The translations under genes were made by a program, and so were the position numbers. Shown here piece after piece: positions 1 to 11,269 of a stretch of DNA of 64,000 nt (within the stretch, counting starts at the first letter, position 1; each line of letters starts with the position of its first letter). The stretch covers positions 1 through 64,000 of the forward strand of contig JAUCBJ010006798.1 in the NCBI GenBank assembly GCA_032718475.1, written 5' to 3'. Source of the DNA: Nemertoderma westbladi (taxonomy: Eukaryota > Animalia > Xenacoelomorpha). Below the pieces are notes generated by a model. It was not told the DNA's origin, ran no database searches, and worked only from the letters and a program-made list of their open reading frames with translations.

Positions 1-555
1 GCTCGCTCGACAAAGCGCCATCTAGCGGATATCTCAGGATTCTCCACGATTTTACGTACCGGACAGTTTTCAGTGTTTCACGGATTGACAGACTGCCGAT
101 CTGTGGTACGGTGCAATATTTATTCGTACCACGGGCCTATAGGACTGATTTTCCTGTATTCAGCACAACACATACTGACACATTCAGATATGTGATTGTG
201 CCGACGATAGATACAGTTACAGTTCGAGGACATAGCCTGATAGCTGCATAGTCTCTAGTTACTAGTTAGCGGTGCATATTTGTATGTACGGTCATCGATA
301 TATGGGTCGTATTACAGTCTGGTAACTTACATTATACCAGTCTGTCAGTATATTCATCGTTTTTACTATTGTACTAGACTTTACGGCTAAATATACTTCC
401 ATGTATGTCTGTGCGTTAGCGAAAAATATTATTAGTATATCGGGACTACCACACGCATCTAGACCTACACCGCAGTTCGGCCTGTCAGCCTGTCCTTCTG
501 TCTTTTCGTTATAGCTCATCCTGCCATCCGTCCGTATACCTGTGTGGTCGTCACA
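1..555 (+). repeat. 5' LTR of element A (left-truncated by window edge)
   Basis: Matches 10715-11269; ends ...GTCGTCACA. Confidence 0.95.
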
Positions 556-569
556 GTACGAATAAATAT
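556..569 (+). promoter_or_regulatory. Non-tRNA primer-binding site of A, complementary to LTR 116-129
   Basis: GTACGAATAAATAT directly after the LTR CA is the exact reverse complement of ATATTTATTCGTAC (116-129); no TGG start. Confidence 0.75.
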
Positions 570-1224
570 AAAATTTATACGAAAACCGGCAACCGGTACT
601 GAAATACTGACAGATTTAGGCTAGGCCTAATACTGTAATACAGTAGTACCGACGGGTCAAAATTTTATTGACCCACCGCCCACCCGAAAATAAGTACAAA
701 GTACCGGGTACTAAAGTCTGAAAGTACTGCAGTACTGTACCGGTACTGAAGTACGACGATATATATTTAACAAATTGTCGTACCCTACCCTGCCGCCCTG
801 CTGGCTGCCTAATCCTGGTACGAGTATGCCTATTCCTGTATTCGACAGGAAAGTTATATCTGTCTATCAGTCTATAGCTCAGTAGATCTGTAGATAGATA
901 GGCTATATCAGTATATACCCTGATTTATATATCATATATATATATACATCAGCCAGTCAGCATATCTGCCCTATCTCAGTATCTGCCTATTGCAGTACTG
1001 CCTGCTAAATAGGGATAGGCCTAGACTTGAACCGCTAAATGATACTCGGTCTTGTCTAACTGTCTAAGGTCAGAAGTTCTAAAAATAAATTACAGAATTA
1101 TATAAATATATTACTGGTAACTTTCGTTTTTATATGAAACCCATACTGCCAGTCTATCATTCTATCTGTCAGTCTGTCTATCATTTCAGCATTTCCAACT
1201 ACATCGATTTTGTTTATGTAGGCT

Positions 1225-4200
1225 ATGGAGCACACTTCGGAAATCGATGATTCTCTACAATATATTGATAGTACAATCAGGCCTATCAGTAATACCCTTC
1301 CCACTTGTACATCGTTAGGCCTACAGAGAAACTACTTAGAAAACCCTCTATGCACATCTGGCCCGGCCGTTGTACGACCCAGAGTAACCAGTACCGATCA
1401 GTATAGGCATAACCCCATTTCGGTAACCTCTGATCAATATATACCGGTTCAGGTAACTTCAACCACCGTCACTACCGGTACTGATGTTATATTTCCGGCA
1501 ACATGGTCTAATATTAATAGTTCTACATTGAAAGCTACTATTAGAGGCCATAAAGCGCATTTTACGCGCATTTTCAATCAATTTACGAGTTTGGAATCTC
1601 TAGGGACTACCGGTTCCCACAATGAAACACTTTTACAAAAACATAGAGCTGCCATTAATATCAAACATAAGATATCTGAACTCTATATCTCAGCTATAGA
1701 AATACTTACTGGTCTTAAGTACTATCAGGAATCTGAGGATTATAAACTCGAATTTCACTCCTTGATGGATGTCCTACATAAAAAATGTTTGTATATGGAA
1801 AGATCCATCGAGGGCTTACAGTCCGAACCTGGTGTGTTTTTTGCAGCAGATATACCACTTCCTCTTCATTCAACACAAATATTTAACAATGATGATGATC
1901 GTAGGTCGGAATCAGACTCACACTCAGTTTCTCGTTCTGCTAAATCTTCCTCAACTCAGGTCACTGCAGGGAATCGTACCCTCCGTGCAAGTCATAGACA
2001 ACGCAGGGCCGAATTAAAATTAAAACAATTGGAACGCCAAGCACAAATAAGGCTAGAAATTGAATTACAAACAGCCAGAGATCTAGCAGAACAAACTCAA
2101 TTAGATTCACAGCTGGCAATCGAATCACTGAGACAATCTGAGGTTTTTGAAGGACTTATCGATGATGACTGGTTGGCTCAGCAGGAATATCCAAATGATG
2201 ACATCATCCCAGTTTCTCATATTTCGACAGAAATTTCAGACCCCCCTTCTACCAGCATCGACTTCAACCCAAATTTACCACCTGTATCCAACACACTTCA
2301 TGCACCAGCAGTAATTACCACTGTATCTCAAACAACTGTAGGTACTAGTGCATATTGGGCCCAACCAAAGTTATATAAAGAACACCCTTCTGCTCCATTA
2401 ATTGATACAGATATCTATCTTCCAAACCCTCAAGAGGGTCATTTAGGTGCAGGTATATGTGATGCAGGTGTTCACTATACTCCACAACATCCCATCTTGA
2501 GCACAAGGACATCATGTCTTCCTAAAACGACCACTCTGACAGATTTCCTGCTCGGTACTAACCCTAATCCTAGTGTTCCCTTTTCAAATACTAGTCTTGG
2601 TGACGGGCCAAGACTAAACACGGATCTATTCGTAACCTCATCACATTCCCAGCTTCAGGATTATAACTTGGGTGATAAAGCCATTATCGGTGGTGACAGG
2701 TTATCAACAAGCTTATTCGGGGGTAATAATGACACGTGCAGTGCTCCCATTCTACCAATGCCTACTAATTTGTTAAATCAACTGTCTGAGCCTCTACGTA
2801 GAACTATTATTACTAAAGGTTCTAAACAACCAAACAATTTAGATTACTCAACTATCCCAGGGTCAGTTGTGCACCAGTTGCAATATCCAGCCAGTCGACA
2901 CGCAATTTGGACTGGTATTAATAATGAGTACACAACAACCCAATCTACTCCAGTAGCGTCACTCATATCTGGATTAAATCAACCAATCATCGACCCTGGA
3001 GGCAGTCCCTCTATCCCATGCACCTTAAATTTAGTTAGTAATAATCCTAACTTAACTCCGCATGACACATTCCGGAATAGCCCTGTACATGGCAGAGACC
3101 TACTGTTATTCTCAACCCCTCCAAACAGCCATATTAATACTGGTGGTTTCCCATTACAATCACACAGCCGTGACCTGTCTGATAACAATAATAACCAGTT
3201 TGATCTGATCAACGCCTTTCAGATGTGTAATGCTCAAAATATCGCAGCCATCGAACGACTTAATGCCAAATTGTCTATGCCAAATTTAGGGGTCCCACAG
3301 AAATTCAATGGAGAACCAGGGTTGTATGTGAATTTCGTAGCATCATTCATTGCAGATGTTGAGTCCAAACGCTTCTCCGAAAGTGAAAAGATGATGGCAC
3401 TTCAACATTATCTGGGACCTGAACCATTGGAACTCATTAAGTACTTTATGGGGATTCCTGGTGGTTATGAGGCCGCCTGGAATGTACTACATGACCGCTA
3501 TGGTCATCCCAGCATTATCATTCAGCAAGTAATTCAAGAACTAATTGGAAGCGTCGATCTTCGTTCTGGGAATTATAACCTAAAGAAAATTAAACTTCGA
3601 GCCTTTTCGGACAAAATTATCCAGAAAGTATTAGTCCTACAGTACTTCAAGTCAACTCATGAAATTAATTCCTCAGAGAATTTAAAGAAGATTACATCCA
3701 ACTTTGAAAATTGGATGTATGTCCGCTGGAAACGAGTAGCAGCTGGTATCAGGAAACAAAAAAACAGAGAGCCTCTAATAACCGAACTCGCTGTCTTTAT
3801 TAAAGAAGAGTCAGATATAATGAATGACGCTGTCTATGACCAACCTTCCAGCAATGGAAATCAGAATTTATCATCAGGTTCTCAAATTCAAAACACCACA
3901 ATGAACGTAATAGCATCAGTGGGACACGTAACCAGAAACAACTCAGCGAATCCTACTACAACCACTTCAACGCAAAGTCGACAAGCCAGCCTTACCGCTC
4001 GATTGGATCGCCAGCCTCAGCACAATAATCAGACCAATAGAGATAACAACAGACCCAATCAGAACCGTTATGGTCCTCAGTATAGAGCTCAAAATCAACA
4101 ACAAACACGTACAAGTGCTGTCATAAATAGAGGTAATGTTGTTATAAATACAAATTCTGAAGCTCAAGCCGCACCTAAATCCAGCGCCAACCAGACAAAT

Positions 4201-5973
4201 CCAGTCAATACATCAACTCCACGAGCTCCTTTACAGTCAAGAGCTCCACCACAGTCTTCTAGACCACCCCCAACTTGCTCATACTGTACTGACTCCCATA
4301 CCTTATATCATTGTCAACCATTTAATACACTCTCAAGACGCCAACAAGCCGAGTGGTTATTGAACACGGAATTGTGTTTAAAGTGCACGAATAAGGACCA
4401 CAAGACAGCAGATTGTACTGGTAGGAGTTACCGTTGTAATATAAACAATTGTCAGGAGACACACAATAAGGTCCTGCACTGGGCAATTGACCGTATCCAA
4501 ACATCTCAGGAAACATCAAATATATCCTGCATCACAACCGATAACTTCTCAAGAGTACCATCTGTCATTCCGACTAAGGATCTAAATCCCTACATGGTGT
4601 GGCTATCAGTTGTCCCTGTGAGTGTGTCTGTGGAAGACAAGGTGGTAACAACCTACGCATTGCTGGACGGTGGAGCCACATCTACTTTAATTGACGAAAG
4701 TGTTATACATAGTCTTGATGTCCAAGCTGGACCCAATATCCAAATGAAAACAAAGAGTGTTTTTTCTACCAGCATACAAAGTGCGTGTCTTTTTAATTGT
4801 GTCTTTTCACCAGTTATGAACAAACCGGGTTGTGATATGAACTTCAATATTGTGGCCAAAAATGCATTAGTGGTGAAAAACTTCAAATATGAATTTACTA
4901 ATGACATAGACACCATCGATCTGGCTAAATTGTGTCAGATCGAAGATTATCTGGAATTTCTGCGCACCGATGATGTTCGAGTCGATATTCCTGAGGTGAC
5001 CATTCTCATTGGAAGAGACAATCAAGAAGCTATTGAAGAGCATCTTGTGATCCAAGGAGACTCAGAAAGACCCTCACTCGTGCGTACTAATTTTGGGTAT
5101 TGTCTTGTTGGCAAAGTTCCAACCATTAAAGGTTCTATTAAAAATTTAATGACTCCTATCAGTGTAAATAATACTGAATCAGAAATACATATCAATCATA
5201 TAAGTTGCGGTCTAAATCCAACAACACTGAATATGATTGAACAGTCCATTGGAATGGGCACCATCTCAAGTACAAAAATTGACGACAAAGAGATGGCCTT
5301 ATCAAAGGATGATTTAGAAGCACTAAGAATCCTTCAAGATACAACTAAACTAACAAATGGTCGTTATACCGTATCTATGCTCTGGAAAAAAAACCCACCA
5401 GAACTAGTCAACAATTATCGACTTGCAAAGAAACGCCTTGATCAATTAATCGAACGGTTAACAAAAAAACCGGAATTGTACATCCGATACCATGAGAATC
5501 TTATTGACTATATAACCAAGGGCTATGCTATTAAAATCGAACCTGATACCCCTACTCTTCCTGGGAGAACATACTACCTCCCCCATCACTTCGTAATACA
5601 TCAACTAAAGGACAAACTTCGAATTGTCTTTGATGCTGCTGCTGTATATAAAGATATATCCTTGAACACACAATTGTACAGTGGCCCATGTCAAATAAAC
5701 TCTCTCATTGGTATATTAATGCGTTTTAGATGTGGGAGCATAGCCTTCGTATGTGACATAGAAGGCATGTTTCACCAGATTAACGTGACAAACGAAGACA
5801 GAGATAGCTTACGATTTATCTGGAAGTCTCCTGGCTCTGATCTAATTGAGCACTACCAAATGGTACGTCACATTTTTGGCGCTAATGATTCGCCATGTGT
5901 CGCAGGTCATACACTGAAACAGTGTGGGACGGATCACATCGATCAGTTGGACCAGAAGTTGATTCAGCAATAA
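1225..5973 (+). CDS. BEL/Pao polyprotein, part 1: Gag with CCHC-type knuckles, aspartic protease, N-terminal RT
   Basis: KFNGEP...AWNVLHDRYG Gag motif; CSYCTDSHTLYHC, CLKCTNKDHKTADC; ALLDGGAT protease; YYLPHH, RIVFDA, DIEGMFHQ, FGANDSP RT motifs. Confidence 0.93.
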   Translation: MEHTSEIDDSLQYIDSTIRPISNTLPTCTSLGLQRNYLENPLCTSGPAVVRPRVTSTDQYRHNPISVTSDQYIPVQVTSTTVTTGTDVIFPATWSNINSSTLKATIRGHKAHFTRIFNQFTSLESLGTTGSHNETLLQKHRAAINIKHKISELYISAIEILTGLKYYQESEDYKLEFHSLMDVLHKKCLYMERSIEGLQSEPGVFFAADIPLPLHSTQIFNNDDDRRSESDSHSVSRSAKSSSTQVTAGNRTLRASHRQRRAELKLKQLERQAQIRLEIELQTARDLAEQTQLDSQLAIESLRQSEVFEGLIDDDWLAQQEYPNDDIIPVSHISTEISDPPSTSIDFNPNLPPVSNTLHAPAVITTVSQTTVGTSAYWAQPKLYKEHPSAPLIDTDIYLPNPQEGHLGAGICDAGVHYTPQHPILSTRTSCLPKTTTLTDFLLGTNPNPSVPFSNTSLGDGPRLNTDLFVTSSHSQLQDYNLGDKAIIGGDRLSTSLFGGNNDTCSAPILPMPTNLLNQLSEPLRRTIITKGSKQPNNLDYSTIPGSVVHQLQYPASRHAIWTGINNEYTTTQSTPVASLISGLNQPIIDPGGSPSIPCTLNLVSNNPNLTPHDTFRNSPVHGRDLLLFSTPPNSHINTGGFPLQSHSRDLSDNNNNQFDLINAFQMCNAQNIAAIERLNAKLSMPNLGVPQKFNGEPGLYVNFVASFIADVESKRFSESEKMMALQHYLGPEPLELIKYFMGIPGGYEAAWNVLHDRYGHPSIIIQQVIQELIGSVDLRSGNYNLKKIKLRAFSDKIIQKVLVLQYFKSTHEINSSENLKKITSNFENWMYVRWKRVAAGIRKQKNREPLITELAVFIKEESDIMNDAVYDQPSSNGNQNLSSGSQIQNTTMNVIASVGHVTRNNSANPTTTTSTQSRQASLTARLDRQPQHNNQTNRDNNRPNQNRYGPQYRAQNQQQTRTSAVINRGNVVINTNSEAQAAPKSSANQTNPVNTSTPRAPLQSRAPPQSSRPPPTCSYCTDSHTLYHCQPFNTLSRRQQAEWLLNTELCLKCTNKDHKTADCTGRSYRCNINNCQETHNKVLHWAIDRIQTSQETSNISCITTDNFSRVPSVIPTKDLNPYMVWLSVVPVSVSVEDKVVTTYALLDGGATSTLIDESVIHSLDVQAGPNIQMKTKSVFSTSIQSACLFNCVFSPVMNKPGCDMNFNIVAKNALVVKNFKYEFTNDIDTIDLAKLCQIEDYLEFLRTDDVRVDIPEVTILIGRDNQEAIEEHLVIQGDSERPSLVRTNFGYCLVGKVPTIKGSIKNLMTPISVNNTESEIHINHISCGLNPTTLNMIEQSIGMGTISSTKIDDKEMALSKDDLEALRILQDTTKLTNGRYTVSMLWKKNPPELVNNYRLAKKRLDQLIERLTKKPELYIRYHENLIDYITKGYAIKIEPDTPTLPGRTYYLPHHFVIHQLKDKLRIVFDAAAVYKDISLNTQLYSGPCQINSLIGILMRFRCGSIAFVCDIEGMFHQINVTNEDRDSLRFIWKSPGSDLIEHYQMVRHIFGANDSPCVAGHTLKQCGTDHIDQLDQKLIQQ

Positions 5974-8825
5974 CCGACAACTTCTACGTTGACGATGGCT
6001 TGCTGTCTACGGATTCGCGGGACAGCGCCATACTTCTGGCAAAGAATATCATCAACTGCTTAGCACTTGGAGGTTTTGTCCTGAAGAAGTTTATCTCCAA
6101 TAGTAAACAGTTCTTAGAACAACTCAGTGTTGAACAATTAAGCCCACAGTTAGACCTTGACTTAGATAAACTGCCTGTTAGCAGAGCACTTGGCATCACC
6201 TGGGATACCGAATCAGACACCTTTACCTTCATAAGCACTATCACCCCTCGACCACTAACAAAGGCTGGATGTCTCAGTCAACTTGCGTCAATCTTTGACC
6301 CCATTAACTTCCTCGCACCATTCTTGCTGAAGGGCAAACTTATTCTTCAGTCAATATGGCGAGCAGGGACTGATTGGTCTGCACAAATTCCAAATGATCT
6401 TCAATCTAAATGGTCGAAGTGGATATCCCAAGTTCCTTGCCTATCAGAGATTAAAGTTCCACGAGTTTATCGTCAAGATCTATCCGTAGTTGCATCCTAT
6501 CAAGTGCACTTGTTCTGTGATGCTTCGGATGTTGCTTATGGTGCAGTTGGCTACACACGGTGTGTCGAAGAGAATAATATAAGAACTTCATTCATATTTA
6601 GCAAATGCAAGGTTGTCAGTATATCTGCTGAAAAGAGAACTCCTCGACTTGAGCTCGAAGCAGCCGTTGTTTTAGTTGACATTCTTTGTTTAATTAGAAC
6701 TGAATTAATGCGTTCCCTCAATATCGGTGAGATTCATTGCTGGACTGACTCCACCGTCGTGCTCGGATATATTACAAACACAACCAAATCATTCAAGCGG
6801 TATGTTGCAAATCGAGTTAGCTACATACAATCTCATACCAGTTCTAATATGTGGCATCATATCAAAGGGTCTCTAAATCCCGCTGATAAACTCAGCCGAG
6901 GCCTAAGTGCTGTTGACCTCATGAACTGTATTTCATGGTGGAATGGTCCGATGTTTCTCAAACAAACCCAGGCTGAATGGCCAAACAAGTTACACCTAAC
7001 CCCCACTATGTTTGAAGTCTCTGCCGAAGACCCCGAGGTTAAATTATCATCCTTGAACATAGAATCCATTCCTCACGGTGGGGCTGACCCTGACCCTATG
7101 TCTATAAACGATAATGGAAACTCACAGACTCTGACGTGTGACTACACCGACATGTTACAACAGTTCCACTATCACTGTATGATTCAGATCAATTCCAGCT
7201 CTTTGTCCCCAAATTGTGATTCCAAGCCTAGAGTCAGCATATTTGACCGAACAAAGGGTCTAACCTCCATGGAACGACTGGAGTTTGTGATCAATACTGA
7301 ATCGAACTGGAATAAACTTAAACATAAAATAGCATGGCTCGTTCGCCTTGCCAAGTTTTCAATAAACCCACAATTTGGTCAAAACATCACACGTAAAGTA
7401 CCATGCAATGAATTAGACAATGCAGAAGCGTGTCTAGTTAGGTTTGTTCAGAAATGTGAATTTCAGAAAGATATTGAACGACTTGAGGCAAACCTACCAG
7501 TTTTAAAGAAGAGCTCACTACGCCGTCTCTCTCCATTCCTGGACCCTAAGGGTATACTCCGTGTCGGCAGCCGTATTGAACATGCTGCTGTTCCTTACTC
7601 TACGGCCTTTCCAGCCATCTTACCAAAAGGGAGTCAAGTAACTCGTTCCTTAATTTGGCACACACATACCACAATGGGTCACATGGGTTACTCGGTCATC
7701 CTTTCCGAAATTAGGAAACGTTATTGGATAATTACAGCTCAGAGAGTCATTAAGTCGCTCATTACTAAGTGCTTCATATGTCGAAAGGTGCATGGGCGTG
7801 CTCTCGAACAGATTCAGGCCCCTTTGCCTATGACTAGAGTCACGGCTTATCTGCCACCATTCAGCTATATCGGTCTGGATATGTTTGGACATATGAACGT
7901 TAAATATGGCCGAGGGGTTATTAAGCGGTATGGAATTATATTCACCTGCCAGAATAGCCGCGCGGTTCATCTAGAACTCACTGTAGACAAATCAGCCGAC
8001 GCCTTTCTAAATTCTTTACGTCGATTTTGTGGCCGTCGAGGAACCCCCCTGCAAATTATATCTGACAATGGCACCAATTTCACTGGTGCAGAATCAACAA
8101 TTCGCTTGTTTCGTGAGTATGTGGAGGATGACTCTGTAAACTCATATACCACTCATAATAATATAGATTGGAAGTTCAATGATGCGGACACTACTATGTC
8201 CAATCACCTAGAATGGAAATTTCTTACCCCCACTGCGGCACATACCGGCGGATTTTACGAACGCCTTATACAAACTACAAAACGTATCCTGCTATCCGTA
8301 ATGGAGGGTAAACTTGTGACTGAAGACGTGTTACATACTTACCTCGTCGAGGCCGAATCAACTATTAATAAGCGGCCGCTCACCATGCTTAATAGTGACC
8401 CCACATCGAACGAGCCTCTAACCCCTCAACATTTATTAATTCAGCGTCCTGCAGCAAACGTTCCGATCGAGGATGAGATAGACGATTCCCAAATTTACAG
8501 CGAACTGACATGGAAACAAAGTCAATATCTCGCCAATAAATTTTGGGAGAGATGGGTACAAGAATATCTCACACTACTCCTCGATCGTCAGAAATGGAAT
8601 GTTCGACGCGACAACGTACAAATCAATGATGTCGTTCTAATTCAATACGAACCCAGTAATATGACTCCTCGTTCGCAATGGCCTTGGGGTCGTGTCGTCG
8701 AAACATTCCCAGATATCGACGGCAACATTCGCACAGTTCGCATCAAACTCAAGACTGGGACGTTTCTAGAAAGGCCAATCCAGCGAATTTGTCTCCTGGA
8801 ACAGGCTGATAATAATCCTAATTAA
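5895..8825 (+). CDS. BEL/Pao polyprotein, part 2 (after a 1-nt frameshift near 5945): RT YVDD, RNase H, integrase
   Basis: NFYVDD; LFCDAS, PRLEL, WTDS, NPADKLSRG RNase H; H..H..C..C zinc finger; LDMFG, SDNGTNF, GGFYER integrase; C-terminal RPIQRICLLE. Confidence 0.93.
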   Translation: MCRRSYTETVWDGSHRSVGPEVDSAITDNFYVDDGLLSTDSRDSAILLAKNIINCLALGGFVLKKFISNSKQFLEQLSVEQLSPQLDLDLDKLPVSRALGITWDTESDTFTFISTITPRPLTKAGCLSQLASIFDPINFLAPFLLKGKLILQSIWRAGTDWSAQIPNDLQSKWSKWISQVPCLSEIKVPRVYRQDLSVVASYQVHLFCDASDVAYGAVGYTRCVEENNIRTSFIFSKCKVVSISAEKRTPRLELEAAVVLVDILCLIRTELMRSLNIGEIHCWTDSTVVLGYITNTTKSFKRYVANRVSYIQSHTSSNMWHHIKGSLNPADKLSRGLSAVDLMNCISWWNGPMFLKQTQAEWPNKLHLTPTMFEVSAEDPEVKLSSLNIESIPHGGADPDPMSINDNGNSQTLTCDYTDMLQQFHYHCMIQINSSSLSPNCDSKPRVSIFDRTKGLTSMERLEFVINTESNWNKLKHKIAWLVRLAKFSINPQFGQNITRKVPCNELDNAEACLVRFVQKCEFQKDIERLEANLPVLKKSSLRRLSPFLDPKGILRVGSRIEHAAVPYSTAFPAILPKGSQVTRSLIWHTHTTMGHMGYSVILSEIRKRYWIITAQRVIKSLITKCFICRKVHGRALEQIQAPLPMTRVTAYLPPFSYIGLDMFGHMNVKYGRGVIKRYGIIFTCQNSRAVHLELTVDKSADAFLNSLRRFCGRRGTPLQIISDNGTNFTGAESTIRLFREYVEDDSVNSYTTHNNIDWKFNDADTTMSNHLEWKFLTPTAAHTGGFYERLIQTTKRILLSVMEGKLVTEDVLHTYLVEAESTINKRPLTMLNSDPTSNEPLTPQHLLIQRPAANVPIEDEIDDSQIYSELTWKQSQYLANKFWERWVQEYLTLLLDRQKWNVRRDNVQINDVVLIQYEPSNMTPRSQWPWGRVVETFPDIDGNIRTVRIKLKTGTFLERPIQRICLLEQADNNPN

Positions 8826-9227
8826 CCTTGTGCTTTGATACCGGTACGTTGTGTCACATAAATATTGATATTCCCAGCTCAGTGCATTGTATGGTTTTTA
8901 AATCACTGGTATATTATATATTATACTGCACATGATTCAAATAATAAATATAGATAATTAAAGAAAAAACATGACCTGTAAACCTTTTTAATCCCAACTA
9001 AACGTGACATAACTGTAAGTTTACCGTAAGTACTTACTGGTACCGTACCGTATATATTTTGCAATGTTTGGTAATTTTATTTAACGGTTACTACGGTGTT
9101 GGCTGCCCTAGCTGCAGCCGAAGATCGGTCAACATTTCAGGATCCACTATCTGATCGATAACTGAATATATATAAATTCATAAATTTTATGGTAGCTCGA
9201 TTTCAACTATAGCAAGATGTTTAACAG

Positions 9228-9352
9228 TGGATATTCGACTTCCCTTGGATATCCGTCTTCTCTTGGATATTCGTCTTCTCGTGGATATTCGTCTTCTCGT
9301 GGATATTCGTCTTCTCTTGGATATTCGTCTTCTCGTGGATATTCGTCTTCTC
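9228..9352 (+). repeat. 18-bp tandem repeat (TGGATATTCGTCTTCTCK, ~7 copies) in the 3' noncoding region of A
   Basis: Visible period 18; produces the spurious DIRLL ORF. Confidence 0.9.
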
Positions 9353-10704
9353 TCAACCCCGGTGATGTCTAACCAGAACCAAGTTGTTCAACATCTCAAA
9401 GGGGGGGGGGGGGGGGGCGACTCAGATCATCAATCTTCACTTCAACATCGGGAATGGGAACTTAGATGACTTGGGTCTCCGTGCTTCACCATTCCCAGAC
9501 TGGAAGTTCGCCGATCACGAGACAATACCAACTCCCTGACGATTACTGAGTATATATCTATCCTTCTCATTTATCCTATATATATTACAACGTGTAACTT
9601 CGTTATATTCCGTATATCGATGGCTATTTTTTTTTTTTTTTCAATTCCATTCGTGTACTACATTGTCTATGACATAACATTTATGGTGATGGTTTATATA
9701 GTTAGTATATAGTATAGTTAGTTTATATAGTTAGTATATAGTTAGTTTATATAGCTCACATATATTCCTGGAAGTGGAAAAAGTTCTGGGAAGATTTTTA
9801 GTTAGTTAGTAGTGAATATATTCGGTAGTTATTTTCAATTACTTTTCAGTTGTTAATTTTTTGATACCGTCGTTCGAAACGAAGTGCATTTAAATAACAG
9901 TTATTTTATGTAAAACGGACTCATTTGGTGTAGCTCATATATCATTAGGATACTCATATAATTTCTGATCCACCTTCGGCAATGGACCTCTCTATTAGAA
10001 CTCAGGCCGAAAGATCATTAAAATAATGTATTTAAAAAAAAAAAAAGTTTAGCTCTAGAGACTTACTCCAGTTGTCCTGTCTGTTCCTTTGTTGTCTGTC
10101 CACTGTACAGGGTTTTTAGGGAGAAATCCAGGACCAACCTATGATGCATTATAAGACAACCCCCAGGCTAGGCAACCCTCAAGAGGGCTCTGTTAACCTA
10201 CACCCTGAGGTGTCTTAAGGATCGGTCAACCGTAATTAGGGCGTTCATTCTTAACGGTGTAGCCCATTCCTCCGACCCAAGGTTGGAAGACCAAGACCTT
10301 CCAGTATAGCGTTAAAATGCAATATACTTGGAAACGGTCCTTATGCATGAGTATTATATCATCCATCCTATCACCCTACCTCCAGTATCTCCCTTCTCCC
10401 GACAACCTGGCTACAGTATATTTGTTCAGTTCAATGTTGTATTGTTGGACAACTGGTCGTCTCCAAGAGTTATAACAACGTAAAAAAAAACCCATGGCTC
10501 CTACCTTTCTAAATTTATGTGCAATATATACATTATAAATAAATATATTAATTACAATATTTTCCAAACATTTCGCGGTTTGTGCAATTTATTTTCCTTA
10601 GTCATACTCTTGTCTCAAATTATTTTACAAGTTAGCTTAAACATCTTATCTACTCTACTTAGATTTCGTGTTTACACCGGTGCACCCGAAAATCTAGGTG
10701 GGGC

Positions 10705-11269
10705 TGTGAAATCCGCTCGCTCGACAAAGCGCCATCTAGCGGATATCTCAGGATTCTCCACGATTTTACGTACCGGACAGTTTTCAGTGTTTCACGGATT
10801 GACAGACTGCCGATCTGTGGTACGGTGCAATATTTATTCGTACCACGGGCCTATAGGACTGATTTTCCTGTATTCAGCACAACACATACTGACACATTCA
10901 GATATGTGATTGTGCCGACGATAGATACAGTTACAGTTCGAGGACATAGCCTGATAGCTGCATAGTCTCTAGTTACTAGTTAGCGGTGCATATTTGTATG
11001 TACGGTCATCGATATATGGGTCGTATTACAGTCTGGTAACTTACATTATACCAGTCTGTCAGTATATTCATCGTTTTTACTATTGTACTAGACTTTACGG
11101 CTAAATATACTTCCATGTATGTCTGTGCGTTAGCGAAAAATATTATTAGTATATCGGGACTACCACACGCATCTAGACCTACACCGCAGTTCGGCCTGTC
11201 AGCCTGTCCTTCTGTCTTTTCGTTATAGCTCATCCTGCCATCCGTCCGTATACCTGTGTGGTCGTCACA
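10705..11269 (+). repeat. 3' LTR of element A (565 bp, TGTGA...TCACA), preceded by short PPT AGGTGGGGC
   Basis: TG...CA ends with 5-bp terminal inverted repeat; matches 1-555. Confidence 0.95.

Larger units (their letters stand above)
1..11269 (+). mobile_element. BEL/Pao LTR retrotransposon A, near full length, inserted in the RT of element B (first ~10 bp of the 5' LTR lie outside the window)
   Basis: Direct repeats 1-555 and 10715-11269 (offset 10714) with no difference seen; Gag-PR-RT-RNaseH-IN order with BEL/Pao motifs; sequence after 11269 resumes mid-RT of another element. Confidence 0.95.

Noticed and set aside
292-519. Short duplicated ORFs (292-519/11006-11233; 16148-16398/25683-25933)
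   Set aside because: They are incidental frames inside LTR copies.
5930-5975. Programmed frameshift in element A
   Set aside because: It falls inside RT between FGANDSP and YVDD with no slippery heptamer; BEL/Pao normally has one ORF, so a 1-nt lesion or sequencing error is more likely.
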